Shown: positions 1-12,787 of the stretch, one piece after another
Layout: each line of letters starts with the position of its first letter
How positions within the stretch are numbered: position 1 is the first letter of the stretch
From: Octopus sinensis
Lineage: Eukaryota
Length of the DNA stretch: 64,000 nucleotides
NCBI RefSeq assembly: GCF_006345805.1
Contig: NW_021833304.1
Location: 1 to 64,000 of the forward strand
Direction of reading: 5' to 3'
Notes under the pieces: generated by a model
Databases searched by the model: none
The model's input: only the letters and a program-made list of their open reading frames with translations
What the model was told of the DNA's origin: nothing
Translations under genes and position numbers: made by a program

Positions 1-26
1 TATGAATGTATGTATGTATGTATGTA

Positions 27-79
<53 letters not shown>

Positions 80-89
80 ATAGATTATA

Positions 90-157
90 TATAATCAAAA
101 TAAGCAACAAGTATATCTACTCTACCTTGGATATCCTTGTTGCTTATTTTGATTATA
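90..157. repeat. Short foldback with perfect 22-bp arms next to a (TA)n tract
   Basis: tataatcaaaataagcaacaag (90-111) is the exact reverse complement of cttgttgcttattttgattata (136-157); pairing continues with atatc/gatat. Confidence 0.85.
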
Positions 158-824
158 ATCACCCCATTTGATTTTTATGGATAATACCATGCAAAATTCT
201 GGTGCCTTTGACTTAAGTACCATGTTCATCTGAATCTAAATTTTGCTGAACTTATATATATATATATATATATCGATTGGTATCTCTGAAATAGTTTCTT
301 GATATCATCATCGTGGCAGGGATTGGCGGTATGCAATATGTTTATACCAGGCATTTCAGATTTTATGCTCACTGGGCGAGAAGCCAAGACAGTACGTGTG
401 TGACTTCTTGAGATAAATCTTAAAGTGTCACCTTGCGCAGGGGTAAGTAGCTTAGGATTCATGGGAAATTAGGCTTTTATTGATTGCTGCCGCTTCCATT
501 TTTGCAAGAATGAAAACGAAAAAAAGCCACGTTCATACTTTTAGATTATTATCTTAGCTTTGAAGCTTTAATTTTTGTATTTGCCAAAACCAGAGTGACT
601 GAGAATATGTAAAAATAAAACACAAAAATGCTAAGCAAATATACAACAAATTGAAATATTTGGTTTAATTAACTTATCTTCCGTTCTTAATAAAACAATA
701 CAAAATAAGAACCAAAAACAAAACAAAGAAAAAAAAACGAAATGTGGCAAGTGTGTTTCATGCTCGAAAATGGCTGATATTCCACTTGTTAATAATGCTA
801 CGATACAACATCAGTGGCCTACTT

Positions 825-1248
825 CTTTGCATGTATGTGTGCGTGTATGTATGTATGTATGTATGTATGTATGTATGTATGTATGTATGTATGTATGTAT
901 GTATGTATGTATGTGTGTATGTATGTACGTATGTATATACATACGTATGTATGTATGTATGTATGTATGTATGTGTGTATGTATGTATGTGTGTATGTAT
1001 GTGAATGTATGTGAGTATGTATTTATATCAGTGCGTATATATATGTATGTATGTATATGTGTAAGTATGTGTATGTATGTGTGTATGTATATGCGTGTAT
1101 ATATAGATAGATATGCATATACGCGTACTTTTATGTATGTATATATCTATATAGGTATATATAAGTATATATATGAATAAATATATATATGTATATATAG
1201 GTATATATGTAACATATATGCAATATATATCAATGTATATGCATTATG

Positions 1249-1279
<31 letters not shown>

Positions 1280-1320
1280 CACACATACATATAATTTAGG
1301 TATGCATATGTGTGTATGAG
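825..1320. repeat. (GTAT)n microsatellite and degenerate TA/CA-rich flank
   Basis: Direct read; source of the MYVC-repeat pseudo-ORFs. Confidence 0.95.
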
Positions 1321-1494
1321 TGTGTGAGTCTGTGCATGTGCAGTGCGTGTGAGTATGTCTTTACGTTCGTGTTCTATAATGAAATGTTTCTTTTTCTGTT
1401 CGTAGTTAAGAGTGGTGTGATGTCTAAAGATGAATTTCACCGGAAATCCTTCTAGATATGAAAATCGTGATTGTTTAAATATCAGCATACACAT

Positions 1495-1497
1495 CTT

Positions 1498-1562
<65 letters not shown>

Positions 1563-1590
1563 ATATCTATCTATCTATCTATATATATAT

Positions 1591-1621
<31 letters not shown>

Positions 1622-1640
1622 GTACACACATATATAGATA
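1495..1640. repeat. (TCTA)n-(TA)n compound microsatellite
   Basis: Direct read. Confidence 0.95.
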
Positions 1641-1933
1641 TACATACATGCGTGCATATCTGTACATGTTTATATTTGTGATTATTTTTTCTCACTATAT
1701 GCACATGAATGAGTATTTTGGGGGAGAATATCTTATCATGCCATGTGAATGCACTAAAAGACAGTTCATTAGACACAGATTCCAAACCTTAAGATAAACC
1801 TTTAATTGTGGATTGCCATATTTCGTCCTAATTCGCAACTTTCCAAATAAAATGGCGGCGTTCTACACATAACCTTCGTTTTTCTCGTCTCAAAATGCCC
1901 GTTCTTTTATCTTGCATTAGTTTCAGGAATTAG

Positions 1934-2592
1934 GCTGTGGCCAGGCTGGGGCACCACCTTTAAAAACGTTTAAACGAAGGTTTTCGATCCCAGTACTTAC
2001 TTGTAAAGGCCTGGTAGTTAATCTATTGGGATTTTGCCGAATCGCTAACTCACGGGGACGTAAATACACCAAAACCGGTTGTCAAGCGGTGGTGGGAAAC
2101 GTATACAGACACAAAGACACACAGTCACACACACACACACACGTATATATATATATATATTATATATTGGTGAAAATTGTAAGTTAACAAAAGAAAGAAA
2201 GAGACCACAATATTATGTAAATAGAGGAATTTATCTGTAAAAAACATATCTGACAATTATTAGGTAAACCAAGATAAAACCCTGAGTTTCGTATGCCGAG
2301 GTGGAAACCCGGATGACTGAAGAGATGGTGGTGTGGATTTCCACCTCGGCATCCGAAACTCGGGTTTATCTTGGTTACCTAATAATTGTCACATTATTTT
2401 TACATTATATATATATATATATATATATATACGACTTTATAAGACTTTATAAGACACACACACACATACACGACTATATAAGACTTTTGTCGGCCCGGGG
2501 CTGTAGTAGCAGATACCTGCCTAAAGTGGCCTGCAGTGTGACTGAACGTGGAATCATGCGGTTGCGAAGCAGACCATTTACCACACAGCCAA
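1934..2592 (-). mobile_element. SINE family A copy split by a nested insertion at about 2161-2400
   Basis: 3' half at 1934-2140 (ctgtggccaggctggggcacc...ggttgtcaagcg) and tRNA-like 5' half at 2484-2592 match other copies, e.g. 25165-25607. Confidence 0.85.
2161..2400 (+). mobile_element. Penelope-like terminal-repeat foldback with a hammerhead-like core (family P4)
   Basis: Inverted arms 2251-2307 and 2338-2391. CTGAAGA at 2317-2323, GATG/CATC helix, GAAA at 2355-2358, then CTCGGGTT. (TA)n on both sides. Confidence 0.55.
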
Positions 2593-3676
2593 GTCTTAGT
2601 GTGTTTCTTTTTTCACAATCGTTTCACTTAAGACGAAGCAAAAAGACATTAAAATTATCCACATCAGGGCCTTAAATTTTTTTCCTTCTCCTAAGTCGAA
2701 GTAGAATATCAAGCAAAAAAAAATGATTCAAAATCTTTAAAAGAATAATTTAGAATTTAATTGCGAGGACAAAAAATTAGGTAAGCTGTCTTCAATAATA
2801 AAATTAACTATTGTATTTTGCAAAATGGAATAGAAAAAATTTTATCTTATTTTCACAATGTATTAGCGGAGACATCCAGATGAAATCACGAAAAATGAAA
2901 GAAACTACAGAAAAAACCCAAAGAAAATAAATATTTGGTAAATACAATAACATATATGTAATGTCATAAAACGATTTTCATCTAATTTATTATTGAATAA
3001 AATTGCATTCATTTAGCAAACTTCTCTCGTTCACGTCGTGAACCTGGTAGCAAAATAGAATTTTCTCGAAAAACTAATATTTTTATTCAGTATATATTGG
3101 CGCACGCGTAGGTGTTTGTGCAGTACACATACATATAGAGGAATGAGTGCGTACGTATGTTTGTGTGCGTATGTGTGTGTGTGAGTGTGTGTGTGGTATA
3201 GTGTCTAATAATGTGGTTGTGTGTATGCAATGCTTTGTTATTTCATAACTACAATCATGTACATGGAAAAATATGAAGCTAACTTTGAATAAAAAACAAA
3301 CAAGAAAACACAACCAACTGTTTTGGAATTGAATAAAAAAAGGAAATTAAATGCACGCATACGGCGCATACACGCACATAAACATATACATATATGTATA
3401 CAATCATATAATATATATATATATATATATCTATATATATATAAATATATATATATAGTGAGAGATAAACGGAGAGAGAAATACAGATGGAGTGAGAGTG
3501 AGTGAGAGAGAGAAAGAGAGAGAGAATGAGAGAGAGAAACCAAACGAATAAATACAACGCACTTTGGTTTGATTGTCATACACACACAGACACGCACGCA
3601 GAGACACACATACGCGCACACACATATATATATACGTTTGTTTATGTGTATCTATCTGTATCTCTGTCATTCTGAG

Positions 3677-3721
<45 letters not shown>

Positions 3722-4059
3722 GATATATATATATATATAATATATGGTTGTATGCGTGTGTGTTCTTTTAAAAAGTGTGAGGCATACACACACACATACA
3801 CACATATATATGTACCTATGACTAACATCTTTATTGATCTGCTCTCTCAGATATATGAACGTTTCTTTCCTTTAAGCACACACACACACACACACATACA
3901 CACACACGTATACACACATGCACACACACAATAAAAGACTATCCTTGTGTAGCAATGACATTCGTCTTTCATAACTTTTCTAATGGCGTCTCCATATTTT
4001 GCTCTCTTACGTAACGGATTTTAACATTAAACATTTCTTAGATCATCTTTCATTCATTC

Positions 4060-4231
4060 CTCGTGTTTTTTCTTTCTTTCAGTCTATCTTTCCTTTTCTT
4101 TCTTTATTTTTCTTCCTTTCTTCATTTCTTTCTTTCTTCTTTTACTTTCTCTCTTCCTATCTTACTTCCTTTTTTCTTGCTTTCTTTCTTCATTTCTGTC
4201 TTTCCTTCTTTTCTTTCTCTCTTCGTCTTTT

Positions 4232-4281
<50 letters not shown>

Positions 4282-4330
4282 TTTCTTTCTTCCTTCATTT
4301 CTTTCTTTCGTTATTTCATTCTTATATCCT
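4060..4330. repeat. (CTTT)n polypyrimidine microsatellite
   Basis: Direct read. Confidence 0.95.
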
Positions 4331-4439
4331 CTTTCCCAGCTCTTATCCCCACCACTGACGCCTGCAGCCTTTCTCTACGCCCGCCCATTTTCCTCTCTTC
4401 TTTCTGTCTACAACATTTAGACGAGTAATCACCATCGTC

Positions 4440-4440
4440 A

Positions 4441-4500
<60 letters not shown>

Positions 4501-4560
4501 CAGTAGTAGCAGCAGTAGTAGCAGCAGTAGTTGTAGCGACTGTTGTTGATATAGTAATAT
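4440..4560. repeat. (GTA)n/(GCA)n microsatellite
   Basis: Direct read; gives the poly-Tyr pseudo-ORF. Confidence 0.95.
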
Positions 4561-4809
4561 CTGTGACCAGAAACGAAGAGACGAAAACTTACGCATTCCA
4601 TTTTAAGCCACATAAAAACAAAATCGACAACTGAACTGCACAATACAGACAGCTAAGAGTGTCGAAAGAATCCATCTCTTGTCTCCTTATCCATTTATCC
4701 TCACTTCAGCCATTCCGTATCTCTTTATATATGGATATATCAGGTTCAAAACATTTTGGGTAACGGCCAGTTTTGCCAATTACTTACGTTGTGTCAATAT
4801 TTTCAGTAA

Positions 4810-5202
4810 TCTCTCTATATATAAAGCTGAAGTTGCCTGTGTTGTAGGTTTGGTAGCCTTTAACTAACTCTATCCCCTATGAGACCCTGCAGTGCAAGTT
4901 GACCATAATTGAGAGTATGATAGAAGAAGGATTGCTCTTCCTTCCGTAGAAGAAAAAATTCAAATCGGACCATGTTAACACCAAAAATTATTTACATCAA
5001 AAAGGTGCTTTTTTTCTATGAAAATCCCAATTTTTTTACTATTTTTTTGACTACTGTGTCGCCATTTTTCGGTGTCTTTCAACCAGGAAAATATTTGACT
5101 TAAAGAGAATAACAAGCTACATCATGCAAAATTTTTAGTTTTCAAAAATTCCAATTCTAAAGGGTCGGAACAAACCCGAGCAACGCCGGGCGGTACTGCT
5201 AG
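4810..5202 (+). mobile_element. Complete non-autonomous Helitron (393 bp)
   Basis: 5' TC start (a|tctctctatatataaag), subterminal hairpin cccgagcaacgccggg (5175-5190), 3' CTAG (5199-5202) followed by T. Inserted between A and T with no TSD, the canonical Helitron signature. Confidence 0.8.
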
Positions 5203-5332
5203 TTCTATTTATAAAAATCGCACATCGTTCATCTGAGAATTTGCTAGTTCAATTCATAATTGAAAAAATGAGAAGGAATAAATTATACGCTTTAAGCACA
5301 GTTATGTATCAGAAAATTTTGATTAGCTGTAT

Positions 5333-5402
<70 letters not shown>

Positions 5403-5544
5403 TATATGTCTCTGTGTGTGTATATACATCGTAGCGTATAAACGAGGCCTAAAGTTTCTAATTCAAATACGCCTGTGCACCTTTCACGATCCTTGTATAT
5501 ACAAATATCAAGGGCGATAACAAAATTCAGGTGTATTTATTTTA

Positions 5545-6445
5545 TCTGCTACTTGTTTCGGTCATTAGACTGTGGCCATACTGGGGCACTGCCTTGTGAA
5601 GTTTCACTCGAACGAATTGACATCAGGACATTTTTCTCAAAGCCTGGCTCTTATTCTATCGTTTCAATGAAGCGACGAACCACTAAGCAATGAGGACATG
5701 AACACAACAACACCGGTTGTCAAGCGATGGTAGGGACAAATACAGACTGAAAGACCCACACTGATTTTGCAACAGCCAAAAATGCTAGTTCTAAGGTCAA
5801 CGCAATAGTTTTACTGACAAGTAATGTTCGTAGCCTCTTTGACATGGCTGTAAGGTTTGAATAGGATTTTAATGCGATTTTTTAACCCCAAGAGGACATC
5901 TCCTCTTGCTAGTTAACGATGCACAGCTGAATCCAATATATTTGGAGCAGGAGAGTGAACCCCTACCACCTTCCAGTGACGGGACCAGCAGACCGGCCTG
6001 GTCTCGGGCTCTTTATGGCTCTCTTTAGTACTGGAAAACTCGTCAGCTAGAAATGTCAGTGGCTCGCTTCTGCTTGCCAATATATATAATTTGAAGCAGT
6101 TGACGAGAGGCAGAAATATCCCGAAACCAGGCTGGTCTACTGGTCCCGTCACTAGAGAAGATATCTTCTTGGGGTTTAAAAATCGCTGTAAAGTCCCGTT
6201 CCAACGAGCAGCCATGTTGAAGTGGCTAATTACTTGCTAGTACAACTACTGCGTTGATCTCTTAGAGAGATTTTAGAACTTGCATTCTTGCTTACATATT
6301 TATAAATGACAGGACCCTTCTAATTTCCGTCAACCAAATCCACTCATAAGGTCTTAGTCGGCCCGGGTTAAGTCTCACACAGTAGGACTGAACCGGGAGC
6401 CATGTGCTTGGGAAATATACTTCTTGCCACTCAGCCACGCCTGCT
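5545..6445 (-). mobile_element. SINE family A copy split by a nested foldback element
   Basis: 3' half 5545-5760 and 5' half 6315-6445 are collinear with intact minus-strand copies. Confidence 0.8.
5775..6291. mobile_element. Foldback / MITE-like element with long imperfect inverted arms
   Basis: 5775-6008 pairs with 6120-6291, e.g. agtgacgggaccagcagaccggcctggtctcggg with cccgaaaccaggctggtctactggtcccgtcact. The left arm has an extra segment of about 65 bp. Confidence 0.75.
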
Positions 6446-7090
6446 CCAATCGTATATAATCCTTCTTTAAGCAATACAAATGTGTTTTGGGCATAATAGA
6501 AAGGGAAGATGCACTATATTCTTTTCTACTCTAGGCACAAGGCCCGAAATTCTTGTGGAGGTGTCCAGTCGATTAGATCGACCGAAGTACGCAACTGGTA
6601 TTTAATTCAAGCTCCAGGTGCACTTGCTTGTAGGTATATGATATACTGGAATTTATGGCATAATATATACGCAAAATGACACATACCCAAATTCTATTAT
6701 CACGGCCTCTGAGGTCTGCCTCCCATTATGGCATGTTACCTGTTGGTAGATTCTACAATATATACATGCATGCTTAACATATATATAATTACATGAATGT
6801 ATGCATGTTTATATACATATATTTGAGTGTGTGTATATACAAGCATTCACACATATATACGCATGCATGCATACATATATAGGCACAATTGACAATAAGG
6901 CACATAAATATACGTACATAGAAGTTTTGTGCATTCATGTGTATACATCGTGACAAGAAAATAAAAAGAAATACTGATGCAAGCATGTAACGGGCAAAGC
7001 ACATAACGATTGATATTGCACATGTATATCATCCATATACAAGCGATGTATACCTACATGTAAAATGATTCAGAGGCGCACACATACTTA

Positions 7091-7129
<39 letters not shown>

Positions 7130-7950
7130 TATATATATATATATTGCATTATCAGTGCACATTTACGTGTGGTTGTGTCTTAACATATGTGTGTGCGTTT
7201 ACGCGCGCCTGTGAGTGCATGTTTGTATGTATATATGGACATAAATATGTTTGAACGGTTGCCTATCAGTTCCTTTCATCTCTGCCGAAACACTCATTAT
7301 TCTGGTTTAGACGAGTGTAATCTTCAACGAGAAACTTCCATGCAATATATAATGAACATTTCATAACTACATCGAAGATGCATTTGTTTTATTGTTAGTT
7401 TTCACAGTTTATTTATATCTTCCCCCGATTGCGTAAACACTATTTTGAAGCAGTTAAAAAAAATTCTACAAAAAACAAAAAAGAAAAAACCCAAAAGATA
7501 CTGAATAAAAGATTTGATAATTTACATGTCCTTATACCTAAAACAGACATAACTGTTTAGCAGAACCTTGCTTTAATGTTTTCCTTACATATTTATTTTC
7601 CAAATGATATTCATATCTAAATAAACCAAAACCAACAACAAAACACGTATTGTACGCCATTATTTACACGAAAGCAGCGGAGAATACGGTATATTTTTAC
7701 ATTCCGATGCAGTTAAAACTGTCTGCTAAAATGTCATTTAATATATGAAAATTAGCATCAATTATATTGCATAAAAATTAAAATATAATGTAAAGATTTG
7801 AGAAATTTTATGTTCATTTTCAATCAGTTTCTCGATGTAATTTGCCAAGCTATTGAAATATTCGGCAGCGCGCATTTGCAGATAGAAATAAATGGATGGA
7901 AAGTACAAAATAATCTTCTTCATATTTCTGTCTCTCCGTCGTTATTGTAG

Positions 7951-8010
7951 ATATCATAGCAAGTGTCTGTGTAGTTGCTTGTGAGAGAGAATCCGAAATC
8001 GGAGCAAATC
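7951..8010 (+). CDS. Candidate 60-nt phase 1-1 micro-exon (xIIASVCVVACERESEIGANx)
   Basis: Pyrimidine tract plus tgtag acceptor, gtatgt donor, length 3n, one open frame. No homology recognised. Confidence 0.2.
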
Positions 8011-8224
8011 GTATGTAAATATATAATTGAAGAGAAGATCTTTATGGCTGGGGAAGTAGGAAACCGCCTTCCATAATGCAGCGATTTAAGCCAATTATAT
8101 CTTATAAATAGATAATGATATATAGATAACAAAATAGCCTGAGCTTAACTATTTGCAGAAGCACCACGGAAGAAAATTACATACGGAAACAAACTCGTGC
8201 GTACCTGTACAAACGTTTAAGTAT

Positions 8225-8620
8225 CTGTGTGTGTGTGTGAGGGAATTGGAATGTAAGCGTGTATGTGTACGTTGCGTGTTTACGTCTCTGTGTTTGTTTG
8301 TGTATCTGTGAGTGTGTTTGTGTGTTTGTTTGTGGGTTTGTGTGTATGTGTGTGTCTATGAGGTGTTTATGCGTGTGTATCTATGTGTTTGTGTATTTAT
8401 GTGTGTGTGTGCGTTTATGTGTGTGTGTGAGGGAATTGGAATGTACGTGTGTATGTGTACGTTGCGTGTTTATGTCTGTGTGTTTGTTTGTGTATCTGTG
8501 AGTGTGTTTGTTTATGTGCTTGTGTGTATGTGTGTGTCTATGAGGTGTTTATGCGTGTGTGTGTGTATGTGTTTGTGTATTTATGTATGTGTGTGCGTTT
8601 ATGTACGTGTGTGTGTGTGT
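8225..8620. repeat. Tandem duplication with about 190-bp period in TG-rich sequence
   Basis: gagggaattggaatgta at 8239 and 8429 with collinear downstream sequence. Confidence 0.85.
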
Positions 8621-8921
8621 GTGAAAAAAATAAGTATAACGAGAGGACAAGCTGACAGTTATGATGATAACATAATTCTTTATTTCCTTCACGACCCACA
8701 CTTATAAAAATATCAAATATAATCCAGAATATTCTACAGTTTATCCTTCGCTTATTCGACTGCAACGAATTCTGGGCCAAGACAAAAAAAAAAAATTAGG
8801 AAAAAACAGAAATTTGAACAAACACTTTTTCAAAATATTTCGAAAAAAAAAAAATTATTATTTTAAGTACATTCACGCGTATGTACATAACTACAGACAG
8901 ACTGTCACACAGACAGGCAGG

Positions 8922-8965
<44 letters not shown>

Positions 8966-9435
8966 TACACACACACACACACGCATACCTTATATCCGTG
9001 CACACATGCAAGCACACAGGTGCTTAACCAAATACTGCTGTCTACGTAAAGGATCGATATGGGAGTCTCCATGTTGTCGTTCGATCTGCGCAAAACAAAC
9101 GTGAAATTTTCTTCTAATCAAACTGCAATTTCTTAAAACAATGGAAGGATTCGTTACATAATGCTGTCTGCACACACACACAGAGGTCATGGTCGGAATA
9201 TCTTTGGCCGTGGGTCTTCTCAAATACGGCTGACTTCCTCATGGCGAGTAGAACAATTTGAAAATCTTCTTTGACAATTAAGAATCAGAAATATTCAATA
9301 ACGTGCGATTGGTTGTATTGATTTCAGATGGAAAAGCAAAATTTTACTGTCTTACTCTTTCCTTTCCCAATAAAAAAAATTATATTTATATTGTTTTGTT
9401 TTATATATTTTAATATTTGTAATATTCTTGACCTG

Positions 9436-9850
9436 AAGGACGGCGACGATCTGGTAGTTGTGTTAGCATGCTGGGCAAAAATTCTTAGCGATATTGCGTC
9501 CGTCCTTACGTTTTGAGTTCAAATTACACCAAGATCGACTTTGCCTTTCATCAAATTGCGTTCAATAAAATAAGTGCCAGTTAAATCCAGAGGTCAATGT
9601 AATCGAAATTGCTGGCATTGAGTCAATATTTTTGATCTGTGATAGCAGGGAGAATCGTCAAACTCGCCGGGTAAAATCCTTAGCGTCATTTCGTCTGTCC
9701 TTTCGTTTTGAGTTCAAATTCCACCGAGGTCGACCTTGCCATTCATCAATCGGGGTCGATAAAGTAGTTGAATAATGAGGATCAATCCAACCGATTTACC
9801 CTCTTTCACGGAAAATGCTGGCTTTGTGCCAAAATATGAAATCAATATTT
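9436..9850 (+). mobile_element. Two tandem decayed SINE family B copies
   Basis: Both contain the gagttcaaatt(c)cac B-box region and tcgac(t/c)ttgcc(t/a)ttcatc, as in 31088-31310. Confidence 0.8.
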
Positions 9851-10485
9851 TGTTCTGGAGGAAAAGTTTACGTCTACGAATTCTACAGTTTGGTGTTGTT
9901 CCTGAAAACAGCAAACTTCATGGGTGTATAAGGAGAAAACAGGCCCACACCCCTGGAGATATGGAGAGAATTTCACCGGATTGACGTTCTGTAATTATAG
10001 ACTAGAGGATAGGTTATTAAGTAGCCGGTGGGAAAGGGTTAGACTGAACCATGGCTGACAAATCTAAGAGAGTGGAGTAAGTTGTGAGAATGTTCGGAGA
10101 GGTGTGAGAGATGATCAGGTAGCTTCGATAAACAGCGACCTCTGGGGTAACTGTGAAAGTAGTAGAGTGAAGAGATGCCGGGGTAGATTATGTCCTAGCA
10201 AAAAAAGGTAAGAGTGACACGAAGGGAAAACAAAATTATTCAATTCGATCAGAGGTGACCTGGTGCTAAATAAGAAGAAAAACAACATGTGAATTATCAA
10301 CAAGCGTATATAATACTGGATATCTATGGCATTCGGTACTTGCTTTTAGTATGAACATCGTGAGTGGGGTCATTCAGGATGAAGAGTGTTTTTAGTGGAC
10401 ACAGCTCGGTGGGAGACTGGTGAGAGGATTCTCAATGTCGGTACGTCGTGAACAACAAACACATATCACAGAATATATGCCTTTC

Positions 10486-10568
<83 letters not shown>

Positions 10569-11767
10569 ATATCGCTCTCTCTCTCACTCTCACTATCGCT
10601 ATATCGCTCAGCCACTCTTTCCTTTATATATAGACATACACACACACAATTGTATATATTAAGGCATATACATAGTGTATACACAGACGCACACACGCAT
10701 ATATATATATATTGTGTGCACATGTATATATATATATATATATAATATATATATATATATTTACATGTATATTGTTATGTATTAGCATGCATACACACAT
10801 GCATACATAAATACATACACGCACACATATATGTATGTATTTACATATGTATATATTTGTGAATGTGTGTGTGCGTATGTGTGCGTGTGTGTGTGTGTGT
10901 GTGCGTGTGTGTGTGTGTTTGTATGTATGAGAAATAAGAGTTTGACAAAATTTCTCACCCATAACAATGAAGAGCAGACTGTTGTAGCCATTAGGGGAAT
11001 AACGATAAAACGGTATTCACTCATGTTTAGTGAACAGGAATAGGAAACGTCGACGTCGTCTGCCATAAAGCAGAATCAGAATCGATTGGAAAAATGCATA
11101 AAAAACAATCAAACAGAAATAATCTTCAGTTCTACGACAAATATTTCTTCGGTGATGGAGTGTAACAAAGAGGACACACTCCAGGGGTGAATATCACAGA
11201 TTTTACACAAGGTTACTCGCTTGATTATTTGCTTCGTTGCAAAAAAACAAAAAGTAAACCTCATGAAAAGAAATGTAGCAACAACACGGATAATGCGAAT
11301 AGTCATGCAGAAGATGATATGAGTTCCTGCAGACCTCTTTAATTATATAATCTTTGAACACACACACACGCACACACACAAACACACACAGACACACACA
11401 GACACACACACACACATTAACACATACACGAACGCACACACACATACATACACATAAGCGCGCACACACACGCACACCCACTTAAACACACATGCACTCG
11501 CATACATATGCACAGAAATAAAAAATTCAAAAATGTATTTTAGGTATAGGTAAATGTATGTATGTGTCCGTCTGTTTGTCGGTCTATCTATCTATCTTTC
11601 CCTCTCATTCCCTCACCATCTCTCTTGTTCTCTCTCTCCACACACACACACACATATATATATTTATATATATATATATATATATTCGAGTGTGTGTGTA
11701 TATATATATTTATATATATATATATGTGTGTGCGTGTGAGTGTGAGAGAGAGAGAGAGAGAGAGAGA

Positions 11768-11798
<31 letters not shown>

Positions 11799-12506
11799 GA
11801 TAGATAGATATAATGTATATATGTATGTATATATGATGGGCTTCTTCAGTTTCCGTCTACCTCATCCAACTCACAAGACTTTGAACCTGGAATTATTGAG
11901 ACTGGAAGCAAAGTTCTTTCCACGCAACCGTATTATATGATAAATATTTGCACATGTCTGCACTAATAAGTATTACTGTCGAAAATCTCAAAACACTTAC
12001 TAAATTCCACGCAGAAACACACACGCACCCACACCCTCACACACGCATTTAATCTTTCTAATGAAGCCTTACAATTGGTAAAGATAAGAATTCCATGTTT
12101 GTTTTGGTTTTAGAATCGTCTCATTGTAAGCTGCCGTGCTGCAACACATATTTTTGTACTTTAGCAAGATCTTAGTACCAAGGAGACGCATGCACTGGTT
12201 ATCTTTCACTTCAGTTAATAATTATATTAGCAATAGTCAATTAATTAATTGCTTTCACAAAGTCTTTTTTTTTCCAGGCTGTGATCTCATCTAAGCCATT
12301 GTGACGATTGTTTCTCTTCTCCATGGCAACGCCCACTCATCGCTCTCAGGACAGATTATGGAGTCTACGTTCGTAGTGAAAGTGGGATAATATTTATTTA
12401 ATCTTTTTATGAAATAAAGACAACAACTTTTAAAGAGTTGCTATGCAGTGTGACAGGTACTGATAGATGCAGAATGACAGACAGACAGACAGAGATACAG
12501 AGATAC

Positions 12507-12558
<52 letters not shown>

Positions 12559-12751
12559 GGAGTGAGAAAAAGAGTAATGCCTTATAACATCAACTTAAAT
12601 ACACCAACGCTTATCTATCAACATCTTCTCTTCATTAAACAAATTGTATATGACTTACATAAACAAACATCATTTAAAACTGAAACTATCGGTAATCTTT
12701 TAATGTATGTCTGTATACGTACGCATTCATAGTATGCGCATATATATATAC

Positions 12752-12787
<36 letters not shown>

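Noticed and set aside
4788-4880. Minus-strand exon-like stretch GIELVKGYQTYNTGNFSFIYREITENIDT with a gtaagt donor
   Set aside because: Lies mostly inside the Helitron 5' end.
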